Source of the DNA: a virus
Lineage: Duplodnaviria; Caudoviricetes
Reading direction: 5' to 3' (one strand)
DNA: 52,674 bases
Virus record (IMG/VR): IMGVR_UViG_3300030098_003093
Location: 1-52,674 of that record
In this document: positions 18,563-26,785 of the stretch, one piece after another
Numbering within the stretch: the stretch's first letter is position 1
Layout: every line of letters begins with the position of its first letter
The notes under the pieces: model-generated
What the model saw: only the letters and a program-made list of their open reading frames with translations
What the model was told of the DNA's origin: nothing
Databases searched by the model: none
Made by a program: the position numbers and the translations under genes

Positions 18563-19170
18563 TACGCTAACGCTTTAGTTAATTTATCTTTTTGAACTTT
18601 AGTCATGGTGTAGTCGCTCATTCTTTCTTTAACCTTATCTCCCTTGCCTTTCTTTATAGCCTCCATCATAAGATTAAATACATCTGCAGTCATCTTAGTT
18701 CCTGGAGCACTTTTCTCTTTCTTATCGGACTTGTCCGAAAACTCTTTCTTCATTTGATTAACATATCTATTGTCATCCCATTGCCCTAAGAATACATCAG
18801 CATTGAAACCTAATTTAGATAATCCTTTTGTAAGAGCATCTGTTGACACTTTCTTGTAACACTCGTCATCTAATTTACCTGACTTGCTATGTGTTGCGAT
18901 AGAGGAGTTTATAGTAAAAGTTTTTACTTGTTGGTCATCACCTCTCCACCAAAAGATAGCTTGGTATCCTAGAAGTCCTTCACATACCATTTCAAATCTT
19001 TCATCAGAAACACCCCAGCCATCACCCATAGCTCCGAATTGTTCAGTGGCACACATCACTTGATATTGTGCATTGATACTCGTAAACTTACGACCAAAAC
19101 CTACCTGCTTGGTGTATTTTGGATTTGTTTTTTCAACTGCATTCCACAGCTTCATGTTGTCTTTGTTCAT
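18562..19170 (-). CDS. Single-strand annealing protein (Rad52/Sak-like)
   Basis: TEQFG..G.GWG, KKVSTDALTKGLSKLGFNADVFLG; adjacent to the exonuclease. Confidence 0.65.
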   Translation of the reverse strand: MNKDNMKLWNAVEKTNPKYTKQVGFGRKFTSINAQYQVMCATEQFGAMGDGWGVSDERFEMVCEGLLGYQAIFWWRGDDQQVKTFTINSSIATHSKSGKLDDECYKKVSTDALTKGLSKLGFNADVFLGQWDDNRYVNQMKKEFSDKSDKKEKSAPGTKMTADVFNLMMEAIKKGKGDKVKERMSDYTMTKVQKDKLTKALA

Positions 19171-19274
19171 AATGTTTAATTTAATTTAATTTAATTTAAT
19201 TTGCTTAATAAAAAAGCAAGGAGCTAACAGGCACAAGTATAATATGAAAACAATACCACCGGATTGGTGATTAA

Positions 19275-19469
19275 TTAAGCCTTGTGGTCGTTGCCGATAC
19301 CACACTCCTTGCATTTATTATTTAATTTTTGTAATTCTTTTTTTAAGAATTCTATCTTTTTTCTTTGTTCTAAATACATTTCGGTCCAAAATCTTGATTC
19401 ATAATTAACATCTGAATCATGCTGATAACCCTGCATTAGTTTTATGTGTTCTTCTGAATGTAATCCCAT
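19275..19469 (-). CDS. Hypothetical protein
   Basis: ORF downstream of a -7 promoter. Confidence 0.6.
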   Translation of the reverse strand: MGLHSEEHIKLMQGYQHDSDVNYESRFWTEMYLEQRKKIEFLKKELQKLNNKCKECGIGNDHKA

Positions 19470-19492
19470 AGTTATACTGTTTAAATTGCTTG

Positions 19493-19500
19493 CAAATATA
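19493..19500 (-). promoter_or_regulatory. -7 element TATATTTG
   Basis: TAnnTTTG upstream of ATG 19469. Confidence 0.75.
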
Positions 19501-19537
19501 CAACAACTTTTTAATATATTACCAATTGTTAATAACT

Positions 19538-19924
19538 TTATTGTTTGTTTTTAACCATATTCATAAAATCTAAAAACTCATCTATAACATCTTGAGGAAC
19601 ATCTTTACCGTCTGTTATTTCTTTCTTCATACTTTCTAGTAAAACGTGTTCTTGTATTTTTTGTAGAAGAGCCGGCTTGTTTATGCAATACATAATTGAA
19701 ACAATTAAGTTTCTTATGTTTGTGCAGTGTAAAGTAAATGAATCTACACCCATTAGTTCTAACCATTTTTCATCTTCAAACTCAATGTCTGCATCTATTA
19801 GTTTTTTATCCAGCATTTTAGTAGCTGGAGCCAATTCATATACAGCTATATCCATAGCTATGATTAAGTCATTTAGAGCTGACTCTAGTCTTTTTACTTT
19901 CTTATTGTGTAGGTCTTTCTTCAT
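19538..19924 (-). CDS. Hypothetical protein
   Basis: Helical ORF within the operon. Confidence 0.65.
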   Translation of the reverse strand: MKKDLHNKKVKRLESALNDLIIAMDIAVYELAPATKMLDKKLIDADIEFEDEKWLELMGVDSFTLHCTNIRNLIVSIMYCINKPALLQKIQEHVLLESMKKEITDGKDVPQDVIDEFLDFMNMVKNKQ

Positions 19925-20396
19925 ATATTTTTTCTGTTTTAGGGTTAGCGATATTATGTTTTTCTCCTATGTAATAGTTCCAATAGGCTTGTATACTGCA
20001 TTCATCTTTATATTCATCTGGCATACACTGTGGTGGTTGCTCAAATGGTTTAATTGGTATATTTTTAGGTGTAAACCATAAGTGTTTACATTTAGTTATT
20101 GTTAAATGTGTTTTATTATAACGCTTTGTGTATTCATTACCTAAAGCTTTCATGTGGTTATACAGCCAATTGTAGTGTGAAGCATTTTCTCTTACCCATA
20201 TAGTTGATGGATGATTTTTATGAGCTATTTTATATGGTATATTTACATCTTCACCTATATTCATAATAGGAGCGCCTAATACATGATGAGCAGTACATAG
20301 CATTTGAGCAGACTCAAGTATCATCTTAACTACATGCCTATTGTACTGATACTCAGCAGCTTTGTTAGGATTTTCATGGAGATAAAATATATTCAT
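19902..20396 (-). CDS. Pyrimidine-dimer DNA glycosylase / endonuclease V-like protein
   Basis: MNIFYL..P..AA....HVVKMILESAQML, HKNHPSTIW, EY.KRY.K.H, PQCMPDEYK. Confidence 0.75.
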   Translation of the reverse strand: MNIFYLHENPNKAAEYQYNRHVVKMILESAQMLCTAHHVLGAPIMNIGEDVNIPYKIAHKNHPSTIWVRENASHYNWLYNHMKALGNEYTKRYNKTHLTITKCKHLWFTPKNIPIKPFEQPPQCMPDEYKDECSIQAYWNYYIGEKHNIANPKTEKIYEERPTQ

Positions 20397-20416
20397 TAGT
20401 TATTTATTTTTTTATA

Positions 20417-20446
20417 TTATTTATTTATAGTAATAGGTACCTATTA
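20417..20446 (-). promoter_or_regulatory. Palindrome plus CTATAAATA motif, copy 2
   Basis: Perfect palindrome TAATAGGTACCTATTA; 28 bp identical to 27150-27177. Confidence 0.6.
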
Positions 20447-20511
20447 GGAACATATCCATATGACTAAAAGACACATAAAACAATCAAGTAGAAATTCTTT
20501 TGATTCTTCGC

Positions 20512-20697
20512 TCATTTAGTATTTGTTTCTTCCTCTTCATCTTCTTCAAAGCAATCCTGGCAAACACACGTATCATCTACAAAATATGTTTTAGACTCTT
20601 GTATATCACACTCTTCACAGTATCTCTCTTTGTGTTGGTATTCGCAAGGGTCTTCATATCCTTGACGTACTGTTTCTAGCCAATTTTTGTAATTCAT
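20512..20697 (-). CDS. Small Zn-finger-like acidic protein
   Basis: CEEC...CQDC. Confidence 0.6.
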   Translation of the reverse strand: MNYKNWLETVRQGYEDPCEYQHKERYCEECDIQESKTYFVDDTCVCQDCFEEDEEEETNTK

Positions 20698-20698
20698 A

Positions 20699-21316
20699 TT
20701 ATCTATAATTTTGTTTTATTTTTCTAAACCTTTCCCATGTGGAGCTTTGTAATAACACAGGACTAATTCCTATTTTCTTTGCAGTATATTTATAGCAATC
20801 CTGAAAAAACTTGTATTGCTTGTTTGTCATTCCTGCGTAATCTTCCTCTTTTACCCATTTAGACAAAGCTACGGACAATGCGTGTCTATCTATTGTTACC
20901 TCATCGCTGTCTTTAGGGTGTCTTATATTTGTGTAGAATGATATTATTTTCCTACCATTTAATATTGACTTTATGCACTCTTCAGAGCCATTACATTCTA
21001 ATATTTTTAGCGCCTTGTCATTAAATTGTTTCATATGCTTTCCGTTACCCGTCTCTAGCAAAGATATTGCACATTTTTTATTCTGTTCCCATTGTTTTAC
21101 AGGAGATAATGCAGCTATAATGCCGCAAGATGTGTTTATACTTATGCCGTAGTCGTGTGATAGTGATTCAGCAAAATCATAAGCGTCTTGATACCAATCA
21201 TATCTATCTGTCTTATCTGTCAACCGATATAACTTAGATATATTGTTTTTTATTTTAGTTCTGGAGTATAAATTACCCTTGTATGTTTGTGTATTATTCA
21301 TATTTATTCTGCCCAA
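20699..21316 (-). CDS. Conserved phage protein, possible DNA glycosylase-like fold
   Basis: WY..A...IAALSP..QW..N, K..SFY.NI, VTIDRHA, LQ..TW motifs. Confidence 0.5.
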   Translation of the reverse strand: MGRINMNNTQTYKGNLYSRTKIKNNISKLYRLTDKTDRYDWYQDAYDFAESLSHDYGISINTSCGIIAALSPVKQWEQNKKCAISLLETGNGKHMKQFNDKALKILECNGSEECIKSILNGRKIISFYTNIRHPKDSDEVTIDRHALSVALSKWVKEEDYAGMTNKQYKFFQDCYKYTAKKIGISPVLLQSSTWERFRKIKQNYR

Positions 21317-21729
21317 TTAGGCGCTTTTAAAGGTTTGTCATCGGACTTGTCCGAAAAATCTTCTGGTTTATTTGGATTGTGCTGATGTATTTCAACGCTA
21401 CCTATTGTTTCTAAATCTTCAGCCATATCTTCCCAGTCTATGAGTTCATCTATATCGTCAGAAACAAGCCAACATATAGTTTCTCCTCCACTTAAATCTT
21501 GTATTATATTCGTCAATTTTTGCGCATACTCATACTCATCAATATAAATCCCATCATACCAATCGGGAAATTTTTCACCTCCCTCTAGTATAACGTGAAT
21601 TTGTCGGCTGTCAGAACTTTCGTATATATCAAAAGTCCAATCAACATATTTGTTTTTCCATTCTTCAAGCACTTCAATTTGCATGTCGTGCTTTTCGTTT
21701 AATAATTCAAAATACTCTTGTCTGTCCAT
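21304..21729 (-). CDS. Acidic early protein
   Basis: Strongly D/E-rich ORF. Confidence 0.65.
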   Translation of the reverse strand: MDRQEYFELLNEKHDMQIEVLEEWKNKYVDWTFDIYESSDSRQIHVILEGGEKFPDWYDGIYIDEYEYAQKLTNIIQDLSGGETICWLVSDDIDELIDWEDMAEDLETIGSVEIHQHNPNKPEDFSDKSDDKPLKAPNWAE

Positions 21730-21740
21730 AGTTATTTATT

Positions 21741-22088
21741 TTATTGTATTAATTCAATATCTCTAATTACATCTACATATTCCCAGTAATCTCCTATTTC
21801 AGTATGAATAGCACCATCTTCTCCCATTGCTACAAGAAAAGCATTATCATTATCCTCATATGCTTTATCTATATAATCCTCAATTTTTTTATAAAAATCA
21901 TCTTCTCCATAACCATACCATTTTACATAATCCATTTGATAAATCTTCATATCATCATCATCATCAAATGTCGTTGTTAGATAGTGGTTATCTTTTTTTA
22001 CATCAAAATTACAATCAATTAGTATGTCTTCTAATCCTTTAACATACTTGGTTTTTACTCCCATAATTACTTTACTTCTGTATCCCAT
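21741..22088 (-). CDS. Conserved acidic early protein (MGYRS start)
   Basis: MGYRS.V...VKWY...GED pattern. Confidence 0.7.
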   Translation of the reverse strand: MGYRSKVIMGVKTKYVKGLEDILIDCNFDVKKDNHYLTTTFDDDDDMKIYQMDYVKWYGYGEDDFYKKIEDYIDKAYEDNDNAFLVAMGEDGAIHTEIGDYWEYVDVIRDIELIQ

Positions 22089-22287
22089 TGTATTTAGTTT
22101 TAGTTAATAATTGATTAATGAAAAGAGGGAGAGAGAGGAGGGCTAGTCCGTTTGTTAATTGTTATTAGTTTTTTTAAATTAATACTCAATTATTTGTTGT
22201 CAGTCAATATACTAGCCAATAATCGTTACAAAGTATAACTGCTGATTATTAATTAATAATGATTATAACCCCTCTCTCCGACTTATG

Positions 22288-22479
22288 TTATCGGACTTGT
22301 CCGATTTTTTCTAATCTGGTTAGCCTCTCGTCAAGTGATAGTGACTCCCAGTTGGACGGTTTAATAATTCCTGGAGTTGCGAATACAATTCTTTCTTTGT
22401 ATGCTACTCTTTCTTCTTGAGTTTGTTGTGTCATCTCGCCCATAGCAAGAAACATTTTCATAAGGTTTGTCGTTTCCAT
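22288..22479 (-). CDS. Hypothetical early protein
   Basis: ORF with A-rich leader. Confidence 0.65.
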   Translation of the reverse strand: METTNLMKMFLAMGEMTQQTQEERVAYKERIVFATPGIIKPSNWESLSLDERLTRLEKIGQVR

Positions 22480-22491
22480 ATTTATTTATTT

Positions 22492-22725
22492 TTAGTTATC
22501 AATTTGTTTTACATCATTTGTTATTACCTCCTCTAAATCATCAAAGAAAACTTGCTCATCTCTTATCAACACTTCGTCTAAATCATATAACCCCTCATAT
22601 ATATATGTATCTATACTATATCCTATATCGTTATGTTTGATAACAAGTTTTACATTGTTTATTTTTAACTCCATACTACTTTCTTTATCTAATGATATGC
22701 TGTATTTATCTATATTTTTTTTCAT
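22492..22725 (-). CDS. Hypothetical early protein
   Basis: Tandem leftward ORF. Confidence 0.6.
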   Translation of the reverse strand: MKKNIDKYSISLDKESSMELKINNVKLVIKHNDIGYSIDTYIYEGLYDLDEVLIRDEQVFFDDLEEVITNDVKQIDN

Positions 22726-22739
22726 AGTTATTTGTTTTA

Positions 22740-22934
22740 TTATTGACTTGTTATTAATACTGCTTCACGATAAATCTTATTAGTATTATTGCTATCTGCT
22801 ACACATGTTTCGTGTAATTCTACCTTAAACACCCATTCATTAGGTAAATCATCTGGAACATTATTCATTATTGTTCTTATTGGTATATCTTGAGGTAGTT
22901 TTTTCAGTTCTTTTATTAAATCTTTTATTTCCAT
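22740..22934 (-). CDS. Hypothetical early protein
   Basis: M.IKDLIKELKKLPQD N-terminus common in phage ORFs. Confidence 0.65.
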   Translation of the reverse strand: MEIKDLIKELKKLPQDIPIRTIMNNVPDDLPNEWVFKVELHETCVADSNNTNKIYREAVLITSQ

Positions 22935-22953
22935 AGTTATTTAGTTTTATTAC

Positions 22954-23244
22954 TTAGAATGGCATGTCTAATCTAGGGACAAAGTGTTCATCTTTTTCTG
23001 ATAGTCCTAGTATATCGTGTTGCAAATCTATCCAGGACAAGTGTCCTCTTTCCTCTTTGTGTATTATAATTTTGCAATAATCTACATTATCCATTAGAGT
23101 AAACACTACTAATTGTCTTTTGTCTTTACATTCGTTCATAAATGGTAGGTTGTCCTCGCAAATCTTAATAGCTTTGTCTATTGTGTTAGTTTTCCTTTTT
23201 CTTTCTTTCATAATTATTTTAATAAGTTCTTTGTCTGTTATCAT
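22954..23244 (-). CDS. Hypothetical early protein
   Basis: Tandem leftward ORF. Confidence 0.6.
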   Translation of the reverse strand: MITDKELIKIIMKERKRKTNTIDKAIKICEDNLPFMNECKDKRQLVVFTLMDNVDYCKIIIHKEERGHLSWIDLQHDILGLSEKDEHFVPRLDMPF

Positions 23245-23262
23245 TGTTTAATCATATGAGTG

Positions 23263-23559
23263 TTAGTATACAGATACTGGTCTATTGACATCTAAAAAAC
23301 TAGAGTCTAATCCCATATTCTGACAAAATAGTATTTTTAATTCAAATGCAATATCCATCAATTCCATATCATCTTCCCAATCATCTATCGTGCAATCGTT
23401 TGCTACGGCTCCCAACATATCTCCGCCTAAATAATTTTGATAGGCGGTCATCTTTTGATTTTTATATCCAAAGGGAGTTAAGTCAATCTCTACTCCGCCA
23501 CCTCTATTAGTATAATTATCTCTAATTACAGCTTGTTCTAATTTAATTTTCTTTTTCAT
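23263..23559 (-). CDS. Hypothetical early protein
   Basis: Tandem leftward ORF. Confidence 0.65.
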   Translation of the reverse strand: MKKKIKLEQAVIRDNYTNRGGGVEIDLTPFGYKNQKMTAYQNYLGGDMLGAVANDCTIDDWEDDMELMDIAFELKILFCQNMGLDSSFLDVNRPVSVY

Positions 23560-23569
23560 ATTATTTGTT

Positions 23570-23830
23570 TTAATCGTTTATATAATCTTCTAGTTCTTCT
23601 CTTTCATAGTCTTTCAAGTATCTTCTTTTGTCCTCTGTCATATCCCAAATCATTTCTTTCCTTTCTACTTTTGCTAACTCCTCAGGTTCATAATCCCAGT
23701 AAAACCAACCCATGTAGTCGCTTTTTAATTCTTCATCATTTAGTTTTTCTAATTCTTTTTCGTACTTATCCATATATTCTTCTATTAGAATTTTTCTTTT
23801 TTTTGGCATAGTTTTATTTGATTTTTTCAT
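23570..23830 (-). CDS. Hypothetical acidic early protein
   Basis: Tandem leftward ORF. Confidence 0.6.
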   Translation of the reverse strand: MKKSNKTMPKKRKILIEEYMDKYEKELEKLNDEELKSDYMGWFYWDYEPEELAKVERKEMIWDMTEDKRRYLKDYEREELEDYIND

Positions 23831-23832
23831 TT

Positions 23833-24045
23833 TTATATTATTTGTCTGTTAGACTTTTGTATATCCATTATTATCTTTACTACTTCCCTGCCCTCCTCTT
23901 TTGAAAGTTCGTTGTAATCATAATAGTTAGCTAGTGCCGTGATGATGATAGTGTTTCTATCAATCTTGTCGGACTTGTCCGAAATGTTTTCGTGCCTTTT
24001 TCCAAAGGACTTATTCATTACATCTTTAAAATCGTTTAATTTCAT
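23833..24045 (-). CDS. Hypothetical early protein
   Basis: Tandem ORF; contains a palindrome copy. Confidence 0.6.
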   Translation of the reverse strand: MKLNDFKDVMNKSFGKRHENISDKSDKIDRNTIIITALANYYDYNELSKEEGREVVKIIMDIQKSNRQII

Positions 24046-24046
24046 A

Positions 24047-24292
24047 TTATTTTTTTATTAAATTTATATATAAACTTTCTACTTCATCATATCTTTCGTT
24101 GTAGAAATCTTGTGCTTTTTCTGTAAATTTTATAGCATTTTCTTTTGTCTTTTCTAAATTTGCCCAATCAACATAAGTATTATCTCCAAATCTTTCTTCT
24201 GTTATTTGAGTGGCAATTTCATCTATAAATTCCATTTCGTTTGGTTTTATTTGATACCAAACTCCATCAATTTCATATTCATTTTCTTTCAT
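24047..24292 (-). CDS. Hypothetical early protein
   Basis: Tandem leftward ORF. Confidence 0.6.
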   Translation of the reverse strand: MKENEYEIDGVWYQIKPNEMEFIDEIATQITEERFGDNTYVDWANLEKTKENAIKFTEKAQDFYNERYDEVESLYINLIKK

Positions 24293-24294
24293 AG

Positions 24295-24471
24295 CTATTT
24301 AGTTTTATGCTTGTATTCTAAGAATAATTTTTCTCTATATTTTATTTCATCTTTATTTAATTCAAACTCAAACCCATCAACAACTATATACATTTTGTCT
24401 ACAATACTAAAAGTATTTATATTGTGTAAAGCAAACCATTTATTTGCGTTTTTTAAAGTTTCTGTTTTCAT
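24295..24471 (-). CDS. Small hypothetical protein (58 aa)
   Basis: Read by hand: MKTETLKNANKWFALHNI...; fills an operon gap. Confidence 0.55.
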   Translation of the reverse strand: MKTETLKNANKWFALHNINTFSIVDKMYIVVDGFEFELNKDEIKYREKLFLEYKHKTK

Positions 24472-24486
24472 AATTATTTAGTTTTA

Positions 24487-24603
24487 TTACCTACAATTCA
24501 TTCTATATTGTTTATTTAGTGGTGTTATTCCTGGCGCATGGTGATAGGTTGCGCAACTAGATAACACTAATAGTGTTACTGCTAATAAGATTATTTTTTT
24601 CAT
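24487..24603 (-). CDS. Small lipoprotein (38 aa)
   Basis: Read by hand: MKKIILLAVTLLVLSS-CATYHHAPGITPLNKQYRMNCR, with a lipobox. Confidence 0.65.
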   Translation of the reverse strand: MKKIILLAVTLLVLSSCATYHHAPGITPLNKQYRMNCR

Positions 24604-24766
24604 AGTTTTAGTTTTTAATTAACGTGTATTTTTCTAGTATTTGTACTGCTATATCAAATGATAGATTATTTATTTCATCATCATTCATATTCATATTGTT
24701 ATTCCATACTTCTTCTCCAATAAGTTCTTCTTTTATTATTTCTACCAATTCTTTATCCATAACTAT

Positions 24767-25108
24767 TTAATTTTTGTCGGACTTGTCCGATATTAATTCT
24801 GTTTTTGTTTTGGTTATAAACTGAACTGCTGTCTTGCTTATATTCATAGCAGATATTAGTATACTGCAATCTTGCTCAGCTATCCAATTAATATATTTAG
24901 GGAGTAACTCAACTTCTTTTTCCTTACTATCGTCTGCTATTATTGTCAACTGATAACTATTTTCTTTTATGAGTTTACCGGTGTCATCTTTCCAGCCACC
25001 CTGACATTTTGTTAAAGTATATCCGTTGAAAGCTACTGCAGACAATGATAGTATTTTGTTAAGCTGTTTCTTGTTATTTACTGCAAAGTATATATCGTAT
25101 TTATTCAT
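24767..25108 (-). CDS. DUF3574 / SAM-lyase-like ferredoxin-fold protein
   Basis: GYTL..CQGGW...G..IKENS...EQDCS pattern. Confidence 0.45.
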   Translation of the reverse strand: MNKYDIYFAVNNKKQLNKILSLSAVAFNGYTLTKCQGGWKDDTGKLIKENSYQLTIIADDSKEKEVELLPKYINWIAEQDCSILISAMNISKTAVQFITKTKTELISDKSDKN

Positions 25109-25319
25109 ATTGCTGTTTTATAAATTTTAGTGCTTGTTCATAACCAAACTGCACCGCCATTTGTGTTAATACTATATCCGAACTACCTTGATTTGCTTTT
25201 GCAAAACTTTCTAGTGTTTCTCTGTTTTTTGGAGTAGCAACAAAACTTCTATTTAATTTTTTAAGTTCTGCGTCTATCACTTTTGGAACCCAATCTTTTT
25301 CCAGATTTAACTTTTTCAT
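25101..25319 (-). CDS. Hypothetical early protein
   Basis: Tandem leftward ORF. Confidence 0.6.
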   Translation of the reverse strand: MKKLNLEKDWVPKVIDAELKKLNRSFVATPKNRETLESFAKANQGSSDIVLTQMAVQFGYEQALKFIKQQYE

Positions 25320-25358
25320 TTTATTTAATTTAATTAGACTTAACTTTTCGGACTTGTC

Positions 25359-25577
25359 CTAATCATCACAACCAAGAGAATATCTAATAACTCTTGATAC
25401 ATCTTTTAGTTTGTAATGACTAATTATATCTCTAGCCATAAGACGTGAATAAGTCCCTCTTTGATATGTTGTGCCGTTTCTTTGAGGTTTAGGGAGTACT
25501 ATTATACCTCTTTCGGTGTCAATTTTTATACATCTATCTTCTAAGATATATCCGGCTATCTTACTTTCTAATTCCAT
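25359..25577 (-). CDS. Hypothetical early protein
   Basis: ORF with A-rich leader. Confidence 0.6.
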   Translation of the reverse strand: MELESKIAGYILEDRCIKIDTERGIIVLPKPQRNGTTYQRGTYSRLMARDIISHYKLKDVSRVIRYSLGCDD

Positions 25578-25589
25578 AATAATAAATTT

Positions 25590-25688
25590 TTAAAGGTTGG
25601 TTATACAAAAGGTTATTGCGCTTAATATAAAAGCTAATACTGATACTGATACTGCTAATTCAAAAAATTGTATAATTTTTGTTTTCAT
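25590..25688 (-). CDS. Small membrane peptide (32 aa)
   Basis: MKTKIIQFFELAVSVSVLAF...; shorter start preferred over 25793, whose extension crosses a promoter-like region. Confidence 0.5.
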   Translation of the reverse strand: MKTKIIQFFELAVSVSVLAFILSAITFCITNL

Positions 25689-25855
25689 ATTTTTACTTCT
25701 AAAGGTTGTCGGACTTGTCCGATTAATTTGTTTTGTTGTTTTGTTATTCATTGATATATGTAAACAATATAATGATATATTTGACTTGACCAAAAAGTAC
25801 CAATAAAGTTATTAACAAGTTATTAACAATCATTATGACTTTCGGACTTGTCCGA

Positions 25856-26167
25856 TTATTTGTCTTTGTACATTTGATATGTAGCAAAATCTCTATTTAG
25901 TTCTAAATCTTGTTGAGGATTAGAATTCTTGCTTAATCTAGCGTGTAAAGGACTGCACGAATTGTTTATTGTTTTATAGTATACATCAGATAGTATATGT
26001 TCCATTTCGCCACGTTTATTTCTGCTGACTACATACAACCTGCCATCTCTTCTATAATGGTGCATATTTTTTTTGCCTATATTCTTCAATCGTTTGCCAC
26101 GCCAAATCCCGACTAAGCCCACGTGTGATGATAGTAATTGCCTTACAAGTTTTTCAGTAAAATCCAT
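25856..26167 (-). CDS. Hypothetical basic early protein
   Basis: Second gene of the early arm. Confidence 0.6.
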   Translation of the reverse strand: MDFTEKLVRQLLSSHVGLVGIWRGKRLKNIGKKNMHHYRRDGRLYVVSRNKRGEMEHILSDVYYKTINNSCSPLHARLSKNSNPQQDLELNRDFATYQMYKDK

Positions 26168-26187
26168 ATAATAAATTTAAAGAGTTA

Positions 26188-26207
26188 AGAGGGGGTTTCC
26201 CCCCTCT
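26188..26207 (-). terminator. GC hairpin between the first two early genes
   Basis: AGAGGGGG-TTTC-CCCCCTCT stem; weak U tract. Confidence 0.45.
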
Positions 26208-26227
26208 GTAATGGGTTAGGGTTCGGA

Positions 26228-26683
26228 CTACTTTAAAAGGCCTCTGACCTCTTCCAATTGCTCCTTAGTTAGGTTGTCACGTTCTCTATTAATGTGGTTA
26301 ACTAGTAATTGGAATTTGTCGGCCTCGCTTGTTGTATTGTCTATAAATTTATAGAATATCTTTTCGCCTTTCTTCTCTAGCTTTAATTTTATTGGGGTGA
26401 TATTACTGCCTTCTTCTTTGCTTAGTGCCTTTGATACTCTTTTGATAGTTCGTTGTAATGTGTTAAGCCTTTGGCTTTTCGATGTTTCCTTAGTGTAAAG
26501 ATATAAAGCCGTTCCGGTTAATAAGTCCCTGTCTTTTTTTATTGCATTTGTTACAACCTCTGTTAGTTTTGTGCCTGAATTATTAACCTGCGTTAATACT
26601 TTGCAGAAATTTAATACCTCTTTTGCCGTTTTTGATACTTTTTCGGATTTGTCCGATTTTACTTTTTTTACTGCTGTTTTCAT
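26228..26683 (-). CDS. Lys-rich first early protein
   Basis: 151-aa basic ORF directly downstream of the putative early promoter. Confidence 0.7.
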   Translation of the reverse strand: MKTAVKKVKSDKSEKVSKTAKEVLNFCKVLTQVNNSGTKLTEVVTNAIKKDRDLLTGTALYLYTKETSKSQRLNTLQRTIKRVSKALSKEEGSNITPIKLKLEKKGEKIFYKFIDNTTSEADKFQLLVNHINRERDNLTKEQLEEVRGLLK

Positions 26684-26713
26684 AGTTTTATTATTTTGTG
26701 TTTGTATACCGAC

Positions 26714-26741
26714 AATATAGTGTTTTAAAAAAAAAAGTCAA
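26714..26741 (-). promoter_or_regulatory. Putative early promoter TTGACT-N16-TATATT
   Basis: Read on the minus strand about 30 bp upstream of ATG 26683. Confidence 0.55.
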
Positions 26742-26748
26742 GTTAATT

Positions 26749-26785
26749 GCCTGACAATGTGTCAATTAGGCCTGACAATGTGGCA
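26749..26785. repeat. Tandem operator-like sites, GCCTGACAATGTG x2
   Basis: Copies at 26749 and 26770, each extending into TGACA-N3-TG(T/G)CA. Confidence 0.75.

Noticed and set aside
19176-19202. (TTTAA)n microsatellite
   Set aside because: Fits the AT-rich translation leader typical of Bacteroidota genes
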